A stretch of 18,773 bases of DNA from an uncultured Gammaproteobacteria bacterium (GTDB lineage: Bacteria > Patescibacteriota > Patescibacteriia > UBA2591 > UBA6264): the NCBI GenBank assembly GCA_964507075.1, contig CAZDOL010000004.1, positions 39,133 through 57,905 on the forward strand, given 5' to 3'. Each line of letters starts with the position of its first letter. Positions within the stretch are counted from its first letter, which is position 1. Positions 7,376-15,471 of the stretch are shown piece by piece. Position numbers and translations under genes: made by a program. The notes below the pieces were generated by a model, which saw only the letters and a list, made by a program, of their open reading frames with translations, made no database searches and was not told the origin of the DNA.

Positions 7376-8956
7376 CTATGTTCCAATGAGGCTCTGTCCC
7401 TTCATTTCAGGGGGTTCTTTTTGATTTAAAAGACGTAAAACAGTTGGCGCTACATCTGCCAATTGTCCATCGTTTCTTAATTTTACGGATTTAAATTCTG
7501 AGCTCACTAAAATAAAAGGAACTGGATTAATGGTGTGAGTGGTTTTAATTTCTCCTGTTCTTAAATCAATCATTTCTTCGGCATTACCGTGGTCCGCAGT
7601 AATAATTATAGAATATTTTTTTTTCTGAGCTAGATTAACTAATTTTTTTAAATTATTATCTACGCATTCCACGGCTTTAATAGCGGCCCGAAGATTACCA
7701 GTATGCCCTACCATATCTGTGTTAGCAAAATTAAGAGCAATAAAATTTGGTTGATTAGAATTAATTTCTTGACAAATCTTTTGACAAATCTTATTCGCGC
7801 TCATTTCTGGACGCAAATCATAAGACTGAACATCAAGAGAAGGAACAATAATCCTTTTCTCGTTAGATACTATATGGTCATGTCCTCCGTTAAAAAAGAA
7901 AGTAATATGAGCATATTTTTCAGTCTCCGCAATATAAACCTGTTTAGCGCCATTTAAAATAATGGGCAATGTCTTTTCAATATCTTGACTAGGATAAGCT
8001 GTTCTAATGTTATCTAAATCTGGGCCAAAGTCTGTCAATGCTACAAAAAATAAATTAGAAAGACACTTTTTTCTTTTAAAAGATTGTGGATTATTTTTAT
8101 TAAAATCTTTTTGAATAAAAGCCTTGCTAAGTTCTCTTGCCCTGTCAGACCTTAGGTTCATAAAGAAAAGCAAATCATTATCTTCCATTAATCCTATTGG
8201 TTTTTCTTTAGAGTCAACAACTAGCGTAGGACTAATAAACTCATCTGTTTCTTTGCGGTTATATGCGCGCACAATTGCTTCTTGAGCGCTAGAAACTTTA
8301 AGACCTTGTCCGGAAACTAAAAGATGATAGGCCTTTTCAATATTATCCCATTTCTTAACTCTATCCATGGCGTAAAAACGCCCGATTATACTTGCAATAT
8401 GCACTTTTAAAAAACGATGATTATTAATTTTGTCCTGAAATCTTTCTAAAATTCTAATTGCCGCATGCTGAGCAGAATCACGACCATCAGTAAAAAGATG
8501 TAAAAAGACCTTCTCTACTCCCTGGGTCTCCAAAAAATTAATCATAGCCAACCAATGCTGAGGAGAAGAATGCGCGCTATTCTCTTCTGTGACCAAACCC
8601 ATAAGATGAATCTGAGATTTATATTTTTTCCAATGAGAAATTCCCTCTAAAAAAGCGGGGTTTTTGGAAAATCTACCGTCTTGAATAGATTCATTAATGT
8701 CAAGAGCGTCATCACGAACAATTCTGCCAGCCCCTAAATTTAAATGGCCAGCTTCAGAATTTCCTGGTTGACCTGATGGTAACCCTACTCTGCGACCATG
8801 AGCGCAAAGTTCAGTATAAGGATATTTTTGTTTTAAGCTATCAAAAAAAGGCTTTTGAGCCAGCTCAATAGCATTGCCTTCATTAGCTGACGCTACGCCC
8901 CAACCATCTAGAACAACCAACATTGTTTGTTGATTGCATTGATTTTTATTAATCAT
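7376..8956 (-). CDS. gpmI: 2,3-bisphosphoglycerate-independent phosphoglycerate mutase (copy 2, divergent paralog)
   Basis: 526-aa ORF with ATG at 8954-8956. It has the same iPGM motif set as copy 1 (LDGWG, PGNSEAGHLNLG, FTDGRDS, GRFYAMDR, AETEKYAHITFFFNGG, NTDMVGHTG, TADHGN), but the sequence between motifs is clearly diverged. Confidence 0.9.
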   Translation of the reverse strand: MINKNQCNQQTMLVVLDGWGVASANEGNAIELAQKPFFDSLKQKYPYTELCAHGRRVGLPSGQPGNSEAGHLNLGAGRIVRDDALDINESIQDGRFSKNPAFLEGISHWKKYKSQIHLMGLVTEENSAHSSPQHWLAMINFLETQGVEKVFLHLFTDGRDSAQHAAIRILERFQDKINNHRFLKVHIASIIGRFYAMDRVKKWDNIEKAYHLLVSGQGLKVSSAQEAIVRAYNRKETDEFISPTLVVDSKEKPIGLMEDNDLLFFMNLRSDRARELSKAFIQKDFNKNNPQSFKRKKCLSNLFFVALTDFGPDLDNIRTAYPSQDIEKTLPIILNGAKQVYIAETEKYAHITFFFNGGHDHIVSNEKRIIVPSLDVQSYDLRPEMSANKICQKICQEINSNQPNFIALNFANTDMVGHTGNLRAAIKAVECVDNNLKKLVNLAQKKKYSIIITADHGNAEEMIDLRTGEIKTTHTINPVPFILVSSEFKSVKLRNDGQLADVAPTVLRLLNQKEPPEMKGQSLIGT

Positions 8957-8983
8957 TTTTTTCTAAAAAAATATTAAATTGTG

Positions 8984-9002
8984 GTTGACCCCAGGGGTCA
9001 AC
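8984..9002 (-). terminator. GC-rich hairpin with a downstream T-rich tract on the minus strand (eno-proximal attenuator/terminator)
   Basis: GTTGACC(CC) / (GG)GGTCAAC stem. On the minus strand it is followed by CACAATTTAATATTTTTT, immediately before the gpmI-2 ATG. Confidence 0.45.
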
Positions 9003-9023
9003 TGGAGGTCATAACCAACCATC

Positions 9024-9048
9024 ATGACTAACCCGTCGGGTTAGTCAT
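9024..9048 (-). other. 11-bp perfect hairpin directly after the eno stop codon
   Basis: ATGACTAACCC / GGGTTAGTCAT stem with a 3-nt loop GTC, 6 nt from the eno stop. No U-tract follows on the minus strand. Confidence 0.6.
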
Positions 9049-9054
9049 CTTATG

Positions 9055-10338
9055 TTATTTTCTTTCTGGCCATTGAGGGATATGAAATAATTCGTCCTCT
9101 ATTTCCGTTAAACGATTGTATTTGGCGACTCTTTCTCCCCTGTTGGGAGCGCCAGCTTTAATAAAATCAGCATTTACTGCAACTGCCAAATCAGAAATAA
9201 AAGTATCATTGGTTTCTCCTGAACGATGAGAAATGATAATTTTATAATTATTTTTTCTGGCCAAAGCAATACATTGCATTGTTTCTGTTAGTGTTCCGAT
9301 TTGATTCAATTTAATCAGAATTGAATTGGTTGATTTATCCTTAATCCCCCTTTCTAATCTTTTAATATTAGTGGTAAACAAATCATCTCCCACTACCAAT
9401 ATTTTCTGCTCTAATTCTTCAACTTTTTTAGTTAGTGATGTCCATGGGGTCCAATCATCTTCAGCAAAAGGATCTTCTAAAAATAGGAGGGGGTACTTTT
9501 TTATCCAACTCCAATAAATTTTAGCCATATCATCACTAGATCTTTTTTTCTTTTCAAAAATATATTTCTTTATTTTTTCATTATAAAAAACCGAAGCAGC
9601 CACATCAACTCCGAAGAATATCTCTTCTCCTAATGTATGTTTTGTAAATTCGGTCACAGCAACCAAAAGTTTAAATGCCTCATGAGTATTTTTAAGCTTA
9701 GGGGCAAAACCACCTTCATCTCCCACAGCAAAAGTTAAACCTCTTTTCCTTAAAATTTCTTTTAGGGCTTCAAAAACTTCTGTGCCTACTCTCATTTTCT
9801 CCTTTAATGTTTTCGGGCTAACTGGAATAACCATAAATTCTTGAATATCCAATCCAGAATCAGAATGAATCCCACCATTTATAATATTAAATAAAGGAGT
9901 TGGCAAAATATATTCAGTAGAAGGAATATCATAAATTTCTCTGATATATTTATACAAAGGTTGTCCAGCATCTTGAGCGGCTACGCGAGCTATAGCCAAA
10001 GAAACTCCTAAAATTGCATTAGCCCCTAAACTACTTTTGTTTGGAGTATTATCAATGGCCAACATCTTTTGATCCATTTTTATAACATCTATTTCTTGTC
10101 CGATCAATACAGGCGCAATTATCTTTTCTACATTCTGACAAGCATTAAGAACTCCCTTGCCTGAATAGCGATTATCGTTGTCTCTTAGCTCCAGGGCCTC
10201 ATATTTGCCAGTAGAAGCGCCAGAAGCTACGGCTGCCTTAGCCTGAATATTATTTTCTAAAATAACCTTAACCTCAATTGTAGGATTACCACGAGAATCT
10301 AAAATTTCTCTAGCCTTGATTTCTTTGATTTTTGTCAT
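9055..10338 (-). CDS. eno: enolase (phosphopyruvate hydratase)
   Basis: 427-aa ORF with ATG at 10336-10338. The N-terminus IKAREILDSRGNPTIEV, the SGASTG, GDEGGFAP, VGDDLFTTN and IKLNQIGTLTET motifs, and SHRSGETNDTFISDLAVA are all canonical enolase signatures. Confidence 0.97.
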   Translation of the reverse strand: MTKIKEIKAREILDSRGNPTIEVKVILENNIQAKAAVASGASTGKYEALELRDNDNRYSGKGVLNACQNVEKIIAPVLIGQEIDVIKMDQKMLAIDNTPNKSSLGANAILGVSLAIARVAAQDAGQPLYKYIREIYDIPSTEYILPTPLFNIINGGIHSDSGLDIQEFMVIPVSPKTLKEKMRVGTEVFEALKEILRKRGLTFAVGDEGGFAPKLKNTHEAFKLLVAVTEFTKHTLGEEIFFGVDVAASVFYNEKIKKYIFEKKKRSSDDMAKIYWSWIKKYPLLFLEDPFAEDDWTPWTSLTKKVEELEQKILVVGDDLFTTNIKRLERGIKDKSTNSILIKLNQIGTLTETMQCIALARKNNYKIIISHRSGETNDTFISDLAVAVNADFIKAGAPNRGERVAKYNRLTEIEDELFHIPQWPERK

Positions 10339-10384
10339 ATAAATATTTTATTAACTTTATTGTTTTATTACTATAACATTTTTA

Positions 10385-12397
10385 TTACTTTTTTTCAATT
10401 AAAAACTTTTCTAAATCAGAAACTAAATCAGAATTATTTTCTTTAAGAATTTTTAATACTATTTCCAAGTTCTTGCGAGACAATCCAACTTTCGGCTCTA
10501 ATGTATACGCTTCTTTAAAAATTTCTACAGCTTTCTCATATTCTTTAGCTTCTAAATATGCCCTACCTAAAGCATAATGCACCTGCTGACGCTCAGGAGA
10601 TAATTCATAAGCTTGTAATAAAATATTCTTTGCATCATCAATATACTCTCTGTTGTATCCTGTAGCCAAATTATATAACTGCCCTAAATATAAAAAATGA
10701 CGAACATCCTGAGAATGTTCAATAACACTCTTTTTAAATTCATTAATTGTCAACTCTGTGGCTTGAGCTAAGACTTGTAAATCTATGTCGGAAGTATCAG
10801 CGTTGATTTTTTTGTATTCTTCGTTAATCTGTTTTGCTAGTTGCGTCCTGACTTCTGTGTTTGTGAAACAAGGTTTGTCTAATGATTTGCCATACCAATG
10901 TAGTCCAGATATTAAATCAACTTTAGTGGCATGAACTGCGCGTACTCCAAATTGACTTTTTTGCCATGGTTCAATATTAAATTTATACATTGCAAAAGGA
11001 ACAAAAAGGACAATTAAAAATATTAAAACAGGTAAAGGGAATTTAGACTCCTGATGAGGTGGGACCTCATCATGGGAATCGGACCTCCATTGGGTAATAA
11101 AACAAATGAAGGATAAACTGAAATAAAAAAGAATCAAAGAAGCAGGAGTGTCAAAAACAAACAAATTTTGAATAAAATATGCCAAGAACATACCAACCAA
11201 AAGCATAAAGCCAAATGGCCTCAAAGATTCAGCGTCTTCTCTGGCAACTGTGTTTGCATACTTCTTTCTCAATAACCAAAAAAGAATAAAGAAAATAGCC
11301 AGATATGAGAGAGTTCCCAAAATCCCAGTTAAAGCCAATAAATCAATGATCTGATTGTGAGTTTGGTCAAACCAGGTCGCTTGCTCCCCTTTTGTTAAAT
11401 ACCAAGGGTCATAATATTGATTAAAAACTATATTATAGTTTCCAGTCCCCCAGCCAAGAATAGGCCTTTCTTTAAATCCTTGTAATCCAATGCCCCAAGA
11501 CCTTAATCTCGCTTGATTAGATGTGGGTGTAATTGCTACTAATCGCCGGATAACAAGAGGGGCTTTTTTCATCCAATCCTCACTTCTATTTGCATACAGA
11601 AATATGCTACTACTAATTGTTATCAACAAAAAGGTTAGTAATAATATTTTTAAATATTTTTTTGTTTTTTTTCTAAAAATTAAAAAGAAAAAAAGGACAA
11701 AAATACTAATTCCAAAAGCAACAATAGCTCCTCTGGTAGCAGTTAAAAATAAAACAACTAAATTAAAAATCAAAAGAAAAAAAGATAAAATCTTCAAAAT
11801 CTTTTTCTTTGACCAAAATATCAATACACCTGCCAAAAATATATGCATTAAAGAATATACACCAAGAAAATCTGGGTTTCCCAATGTAGCGCTCATTCTA
11901 GCTGCTCCATCTTTTAATAAAAAAGACAATCCTATTTTTTGACCCAAGCCGTAAAGACCCAACAAAAAAGAACAAGATAATGTTGTCCAAAGAAAAAGCA
12001 TCCAATCTTTTTTCTTTCTAAATAAAGTAGATAAAATGATAAACCATAAATAAAAATGGATTATAGTTATAACCCCAGTCATCCTTTCTTGGGTGCTGAA
12101 AAAACTTTTTCCAACATCAATCCCAGTAAGAGATGTTAGAATTAAAAAACCCATAAATATTGTAAGAGATAAAACCAAGGGATTTTTGAAATTAGGACGA
12201 TATTTTTTTCCACCATAAATCATTAAAAACAACCAAGCAATAAAAATAATTTCTACTATGATTTGAAAAACAAGAATCTTAGAAAAAATATAAGGATAGA
12301 GAACTGGCTTGTAAACAAAGAGCGGCAAAAATAAAATTGCCACTATTCCAATTCTAATTATCCATTTTAGAATCTTTTCTAATCTTGCGCTCATCAT
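10385..12397 (-). CDS. polytopic membrane protein, O-antigen ligase/polymerase (Wzy_C)-like with C-terminal TPR repeats
   Basis: 670-aa ORF with about 12 hydrophobic segments. It has a Wzy_C-like core (TATRGAIVAF...; QTHNQIIDLLALTGILG). The soluble C-terminal ~170 aa contain TPR-like repeats (LGQLYNLATGY...AKNILLQAYELSPERQQVHYALGRAYLEAKEYEKAVEIFKEAYTLEPK). Confidence 0.75.
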   Translation of the reverse strand: MMSARLEKILKWIIRIGIVAILFLPLFVYKPVLYPYIFSKILVFQIIVEIIFIAWLFLMIYGGKKYRPNFKNPLVLSLTIFMGFLILTSLTGIDVGKSFFSTQERMTGVITIIHFYLWFIILSTLFRKKKDWMLFLWTTLSCSFLLGLYGLGQKIGLSFLLKDGAARMSATLGNPDFLGVYSLMHIFLAGVLIFWSKKKILKILSFFLLIFNLVVLFLTATRGAIVAFGISIFVLFFFLIFRKKTKKYLKILLLTFLLITISSSIFLYANRSEDWMKKAPLVIRRLVAITPTSNQARLRSWGIGLQGFKERPILGWGTGNYNIVFNQYYDPWYLTKGEQATWFDQTHNQIIDLLALTGILGTLSYLAIFFILFWLLRKKYANTVAREDAESLRPFGFMLLVGMFLAYFIQNLFVFDTPASLILFYFSLSFICFITQWRSDSHDEVPPHQESKFPLPVLIFLIVLFVPFAMYKFNIEPWQKSQFGVRAVHATKVDLISGLHWYGKSLDKPCFTNTEVRTQLAKQINEEYKKINADTSDIDLQVLAQATELTINEFKKSVIEHSQDVRHFLYLGQLYNLATGYNREYIDDAKNILLQAYELSPERQQVHYALGRAYLEAKEYEKAVEIFKEAYTLEPKVGLSRKNLEIVLKILKENNSDLVSDLEKFLIEKK

Positions 12398-12450
12398 AAT
12401 TATATATTATCATAAATTAAAGATAATAACAATTAAAAAAATAATTAAAC

Positions 12451-13182
12451 ATGAAAGGAATAATTTTAGCAGCCGGCAAAGGTACGAGGCTTTTGCCCTG
12501 CACAAAAGTAACCAACAAAACCCTTCTGCCTATTTACGACAAACCTATGATTTGTTATCCAATAGAAACCTTGCGTTCAGCGGGCATTAAGGAAATTATG
12601 ATTGTAGTTAACAAAAGAGATGCCGTTGCTTTTAAGCGTCTTTTGGGAAATGGCAAAGAATGGGGCTTGAATAACATTGAATATATTATCCAAAAAACTA
12701 TGTTAGGGTCAGCAGATGCGCTTAGAATAACTAAAAAGTTTGCCAATAAAGAAAAAATTGTTTTGATGTTTGGGGATAATATTATAGAAGAATCTATTAA
12801 GAAAGATGTTAAAATTTTTGAGAAACAAACCAGTGGAGCGCGTTTCTTTTTAAAAAAAATGGATAATCCTAGTAGATTTGGTATAGCTGAAATAAAAAAT
12901 AACGAGATTATCAATATTGAAGAAAAGCCAGAAAATCCAAAATCTAATTTAGCTATAATGGGTATTTATATGTACGACCAACAAGTTTTTGATATTATAC
13001 GAACAATTAAACCATCAGCCCGTGGCGAATACGAAATTACAGATATTAATAATTTCTATATAAAAAACGATACAGTCACATATAAAATATTAGATGGGTT
13101 TTTTAGCGATGCCGGCACATTTGAATCATTGCATGAAGCCGCTTGTTTTGTGGCTAACAAAAAAGACAACAATTCAATATAA
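12451..13182 (+). CDS. NDP-sugar pyrophosphorylase, glucose-1-phosphate thymidylyltransferase-like (short form)
   Basis: 243-aa ORF. The N-terminal MKGIILAAGKGTRLLP signature, LGSADAL, FGDNI and EKPENPKSNLAIMGIYMY match the RmlA/RfbA-type nucleotidyltransferase fold. The substrate assignment is not certain. Confidence 0.75.
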   Translation: MKGIILAAGKGTRLLPCTKVTNKTLLPIYDKPMICYPIETLRSAGIKEIMIVVNKRDAVAFKRLLGNGKEWGLNNIEYIIQKTMLGSADALRITKKFANKEKIVLMFGDNIIEESIKKDVKIFEKQTSGARFFLKKMDNPSRFGIAEIKNNEIINIEEKPENPKSNLAIMGIYMYDQQVFDIIRTIKPSARGEYEITDINNFYIKNDTVTYKILDGFFSDAGTFESLHEAACFVANKKDNNSI

Positions 13183-13205
13183 TTAAAAAAATAATAGGAT
13201 AAATT

Positions 13206-13907
13206 ATGCTTAAAGCACTTTTCAACAACATTACAAGTGGTGACAAAAACCAAATTATTAATGATCTTATTGAAAATAGTTCCCCAAGAAGAGATTTTTT
13301 TATGATGACTGGATTGTCAGCTTTAATGGCTACATTCGGTATTATATTAAATAATACGCCAATTTTAATAGGCGCCATGTTAGTGGCTCCTCTACTTTAT
13401 TCAATATTAAGCTTAGGGCTTGGAGTTGTAATTTTAGACAAAAAATTAATTCTTAGATCCCTTATAACCATTGGCAAATCTTTTGCCCTTTGTATAGCTT
13501 TAAGCGTGGGCGTAGGATTAATATTCAAAGAAAAGGCTCAAAACATAGGGAACTTTTTTCTTTTTGAGAAAGGCATATCTACGGGATATTTTATAGTAGC
13601 CATAATTTCTGGATTAGCGGGCGCTTTAGCTACCATTAAACCAAATATGAATGAGGCAATGCCAGGCATTGCCATATCAGTAGCCCTTGTCCCTCCTATA
13701 AGCGCACTGGGGATAGCTTTGTCTATTTTAGATCCTGCAATTATCCAACAATCTTTTGATATTTTCATAATAAACGTAATTGGAATTTTAATAGCTTCTA
13801 TATTTATATTCGCTACTTCTAGTTTTGCTACATATAGAAAAACAATAAAAAAAGCAGTTAAAAAGGATGACAAAATTGTAGCAAAAGAAGCAGTAGATGC
13901 AGAATAA
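13206..13907 (+). CDS. DUF389-family integral membrane protein
   Basis: 233-aa ORF with an AGGA Shine-Dalgarno ~10 nt upstream. The motifs ILIGAMLVAPLL and PGIAISVALVPPISALG, plus the repeated TM pattern, match the DUF389/TIGR00341 hydrophobic domain. Confidence 0.75.
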   Translation: MLKALFNNITSGDKNQIINDLIENSSPRRDFFMMTGLSALMATFGIILNNTPILIGAMLVAPLLYSILSLGLGVVILDKKLILRSLITIGKSFALCIALSVGVGLIFKEKAQNIGNFFLFEKGISTGYFIVAIISGLAGALATIKPNMNEAMPGIAISVALVPPISALGIALSILDPAIIQQSFDIFIINVIGILIASIFIFATSSFATYRKTIKKAVKKDDKIVAKEAVDAE

Positions 13908-13929
13908 ATTTTAATCAAAAACAACATTT

Positions 13930-14640
13930 ATGAACTTTCCAATAAAAAAAGCTATTATCTTGGCCGGAGGAAAAGGAACTAGACTATATCCACTAACATA
14001 CGATATCCCGAAATCACTAATCCCTATGCAAGGCAAAACATTAACTGAACTTGTTTTAGATATTTTGAAAAAGTATAAAGTAAAAGACATTATTTTAAGC
14101 GTTGGCTGTTTGTGGGAAAAAATGCAAGAGCACTTTAAAGATGGAAAAAAATTTGGAGTTAATATTAGTTATTGCGTAGAAAAAGAACCAAAGGGAACCG
14201 CTGGTCCCCTTATTCTTTTGCCCAAATTCAAAGAAACATTTCTAATGATGAATGGCGATAATCTTTTTAATATTGATTTTGAAAAATTCTATAAAACACA
14301 TAAAGACAATAAGGCTATGGCGACCATCGCTTTAACAGAAGTTGAAGACACTTCTCAGTACGGAGTGGTTAAATTAGAAGGAAAAAAAATCACAGGCTTT
14401 GTAGAAAAGCCAAAAGCAGAAGAAGCTCCTTCTCATTTTATAAGTGGCGGTTACTATATATTAGAACCTGAAGTTTTTGATTTAGTGAAAGATAAAAAGT
14501 TTGCTATGTTAGAAAAAGACGTCTTCCCCCAATTAGCTCAACAAGGAAAACTATTTGGTTATTATGATTCTGGGCAATGGTTTGACACTGGCACTCTGGA
14601 AAGATATGAACGAGCTAATAGAGAATGGCACTTGAAATAA
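13930..14640 (+). CDS. NDP-sugar pyrophosphorylase (mannose-1-P guanylyl / glucose-1-P nucleotidyltransferase family)
   Basis: 236-aa ORF. KAIILAGGKGTRLYPLT, KGTAGPL, MNGDNLF, EKPK and SGGYYILEPEVF are typical of the NTP_transferase family. Confidence 0.8.
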   Translation: MNFPIKKAIILAGGKGTRLYPLTYDIPKSLIPMQGKTLTELVLDILKKYKVKDIILSVGCLWEKMQEHFKDGKKFGVNISYCVEKEPKGTAGPLILLPKFKETFLMMNGDNLFNIDFEKFYKTHKDNKAMATIALTEVEDTSQYGVVKLEGKKITGFVEKPKAEEAPSHFISGGYYILEPEVFDLVKDKKFAMLEKDVFPQLAQQGKLFGYYDSGQWFDTGTLERYERANREWHLK

Positions 14641-14684
14641 AAAAATTTTACAAAGAGCGAGTCTCTATTTTTTTAATTACCCCC

Positions 14685-14709
14685 TTTTTGGAGACTTAGT
14701 CTCCAAAAA
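14685..14709. repeat. palindromic hairpin element TTTTTGGAGAC-TTA-GTCTCCAAAAA (second copy of the element at 2607-2633)
   Basis: 11-bp perfect stem. Its 21-nt core, TTTGGAGAC-TWA-GTCTCCAAA, also occurs at the secA terminator. Here no T-run follows on either strand. Confidence 0.8.
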
Positions 14710-14817
14710 TCTCAAGAATTGCAAAATCGTGCCATTTCTAAATTTCAGTCCTGAAACACGCATCAACAACAAGTTTGTGGAGCACACAAAACAGGGACAG
14801 TCCCCTTTAAAAAGACT

Positions 14818-14873
14818 AAAAAATACGGACCCTTGAGGTTCGTATTTAGTTTTGCACATAAAACTCCTTGACA
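14818..14873 (+). repeat. ~56-nt terminator-plus-motif cassette, copy A
   Basis: AAAAAATACGG...hairpin (AATACGGACC / GGTTCGTATT, 14822-14846)...ATTTAGTTTTGCACATAAAACTCCTTGACA. It aligns with 15903-15959. The flanks are 11 and 20 nt identical, and the hairpin arms are diverged but still able to pair. Confidence 0.8.
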
Positions 14874-14896
14874 GTATTATTGTAATAATATACAAT
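14868..14896 (+). promoter_or_regulatory. sigma70-type promoter of the NTase/HEPN operon
   Basis: TTGACA (14868-14873), a 17-nt spacer, then TACAAT (14891-14896), 28 nt upstream of the ATG at 14924. Confidence 0.6.
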
Positions 14897-14921
14897 GATT
14901 ATTGTAAATAAATACAATAAT
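14876..14921 (+). promoter_or_regulatory. two tandem 22-nt palindromic operator-like units overlapping the promoter
   Basis: ATTATTGTAA-N5-TACAATGAT (14876-14899) and ATTATTGTAA-N5-TACAATAAT (14898-14921). The same inverted repeat appears twice in tandem, spanning the -10 box to the start codon. Confidence 0.5.
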
Positions 14922-14923
14922 TT

Positions 14924-15469
14924 ATGTTCCAATTCCGCTCAAAAATAACTATAAAAGTTTTAGGATATTTCTTTCTTAATCCTCAGAAAACTCACTATGT
15001 CAATGATTTAGCTATTGTTTTAGGTTTAGATGTTGGCAATCTTTTTCGCAAGCTAAAAGAGCTTGAAAAAGAAGGTATCCTCTGTTCAGAAAAACGTGGT
15101 AATCAAAAATATTATAGACTAAACAAAAATTATTCTTTATTGAAAGAAGCGAAACGAATGTATAACGCCAAATATGGAATTATTGAGATACTTAAAGAAA
15201 AATTAAAAGGAATTAAAAAATTGAAAGAAGCATATATTTTCGGATCTTATGCCAAAGGAAATTTTCAACAAGAAAGCGACATAGATATCTTGTTGATTGG
15301 AAATCACTCTTCACTTGAAGCAAAAAGAAAAATTTTGCCATTAGAAAAAAATATTGGACGGGAAATAAACATTATTGACATTTCAACAGAAGAAATGAAA
15401 TCACGCCAGAAAAAAAATGATGATTTTACAAAAAACATCTTCTCTCAAAAAACTATAAAAATTTATTAA
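14924..15469 (+). CDS. winged-helix DNA-binding domain fused to a minimal (MNT/MntA-type) nucleotidyltransferase
   Basis: 181-aa ORF. The N-terminal ~70 aa read as a wHTH (YVNDLAIVLGLDVGNLFRKLKELEKEGILCSEKRGNQKYYRLN). The C-terminal half has the minimal NTase motif G-S-x9-11-D-x-D (IFGSYAKGNFQQESDIDILLIG, nt 15242-15286). Confidence 0.8.
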   Translation: MFQFRSKITIKVLGYFFLNPQKTHYVNDLAIVLGLDVGNLFRKLKELEKEGILCSEKRGNQKYYRLNKNYSLLKEAKRMYNAKYGIIEILKEKLKGIKKLKEAYIFGSYAKGNFQQESDIDILLIGNHSSLEAKRKILPLEKNIGREINIIDISTEEMKSRQKKNDDFTKNIFSQKTIKIY

Positions 15470-15471
15470 AA

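Noticed and set aside
5326-7386. N-terminal extensions in the ORF track: secA from 5340, gpmI-1 from 7386, and the DUF4430 gene from 17782.
   Set aside because: The extended starts are TTG, TTG and GTG respectively. The gpmI-1 extension overlaps the preceding gene and translates the GC palindrome. In each case an in-frame ATG gives an N-terminus matching the family consensus (MSFLSKLF; MSENIQPVLLIILDGFG; MNYLKNKK plus a TM helix).
11640-12215. A7-A8 homopolymer tracts inside the Wzy_C-TPR gene as possible slipped-strand phase-variation switches.
   Set aside because: They encode lysine-rich cytoplasmic loops (for example FRKKTKKY), which are expected at this base composition. Similar tracts occur in many genes of the window. 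Without population data there is no evidence of length variation.
892-13927. Track ORFs lying antisense to or nested within the large genes: 892-1077, 1318-1554, 2547-2738, 3005-3283, 5221-5445, 5747-6136, 7703-7957, 9326-9517, 11523-11942, 12555-12914, 13056-13253, 13154-13378, 13538-13927, and also 17913-18095.
   Set aside because: Each overlaps a much longer ORF with clear family signatures on the other strand or in another frame. Their translations are low-complexity (K/I/F/L/S-rich), as expected from shadow frames in AT-rich DNA, and none has a recognisable motif.
14729-14836. 35-codon plus-strand ORF (GTG start, VPFLNFSPETRINNKFVEHTKQGQSPLKRLKNTDP) and several small hairpins in the otherwise unexplained 14710-14817 spacer.
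   Set aside because: It has a GTG start without a Shine-Dalgarno sequence, its stop codon lies inside the terminator hairpin loop, and there are no repeats or conserved motifs I can recognise. I cannot support either a peptide gene or an RNA gene from this sequence alone. It is worth a glance only if transcript data exist.
14677-14895. 72-aa minus-strand ORF in the gap before the NTase gene.
   Set aside because: It starts with TTG inside the plus-strand promoter/operator region. It runs through the terminator cassette and the palindromic hairpin, and it has no Shine-Dalgarno or recognisable domain. It is most likely a chance ORF.
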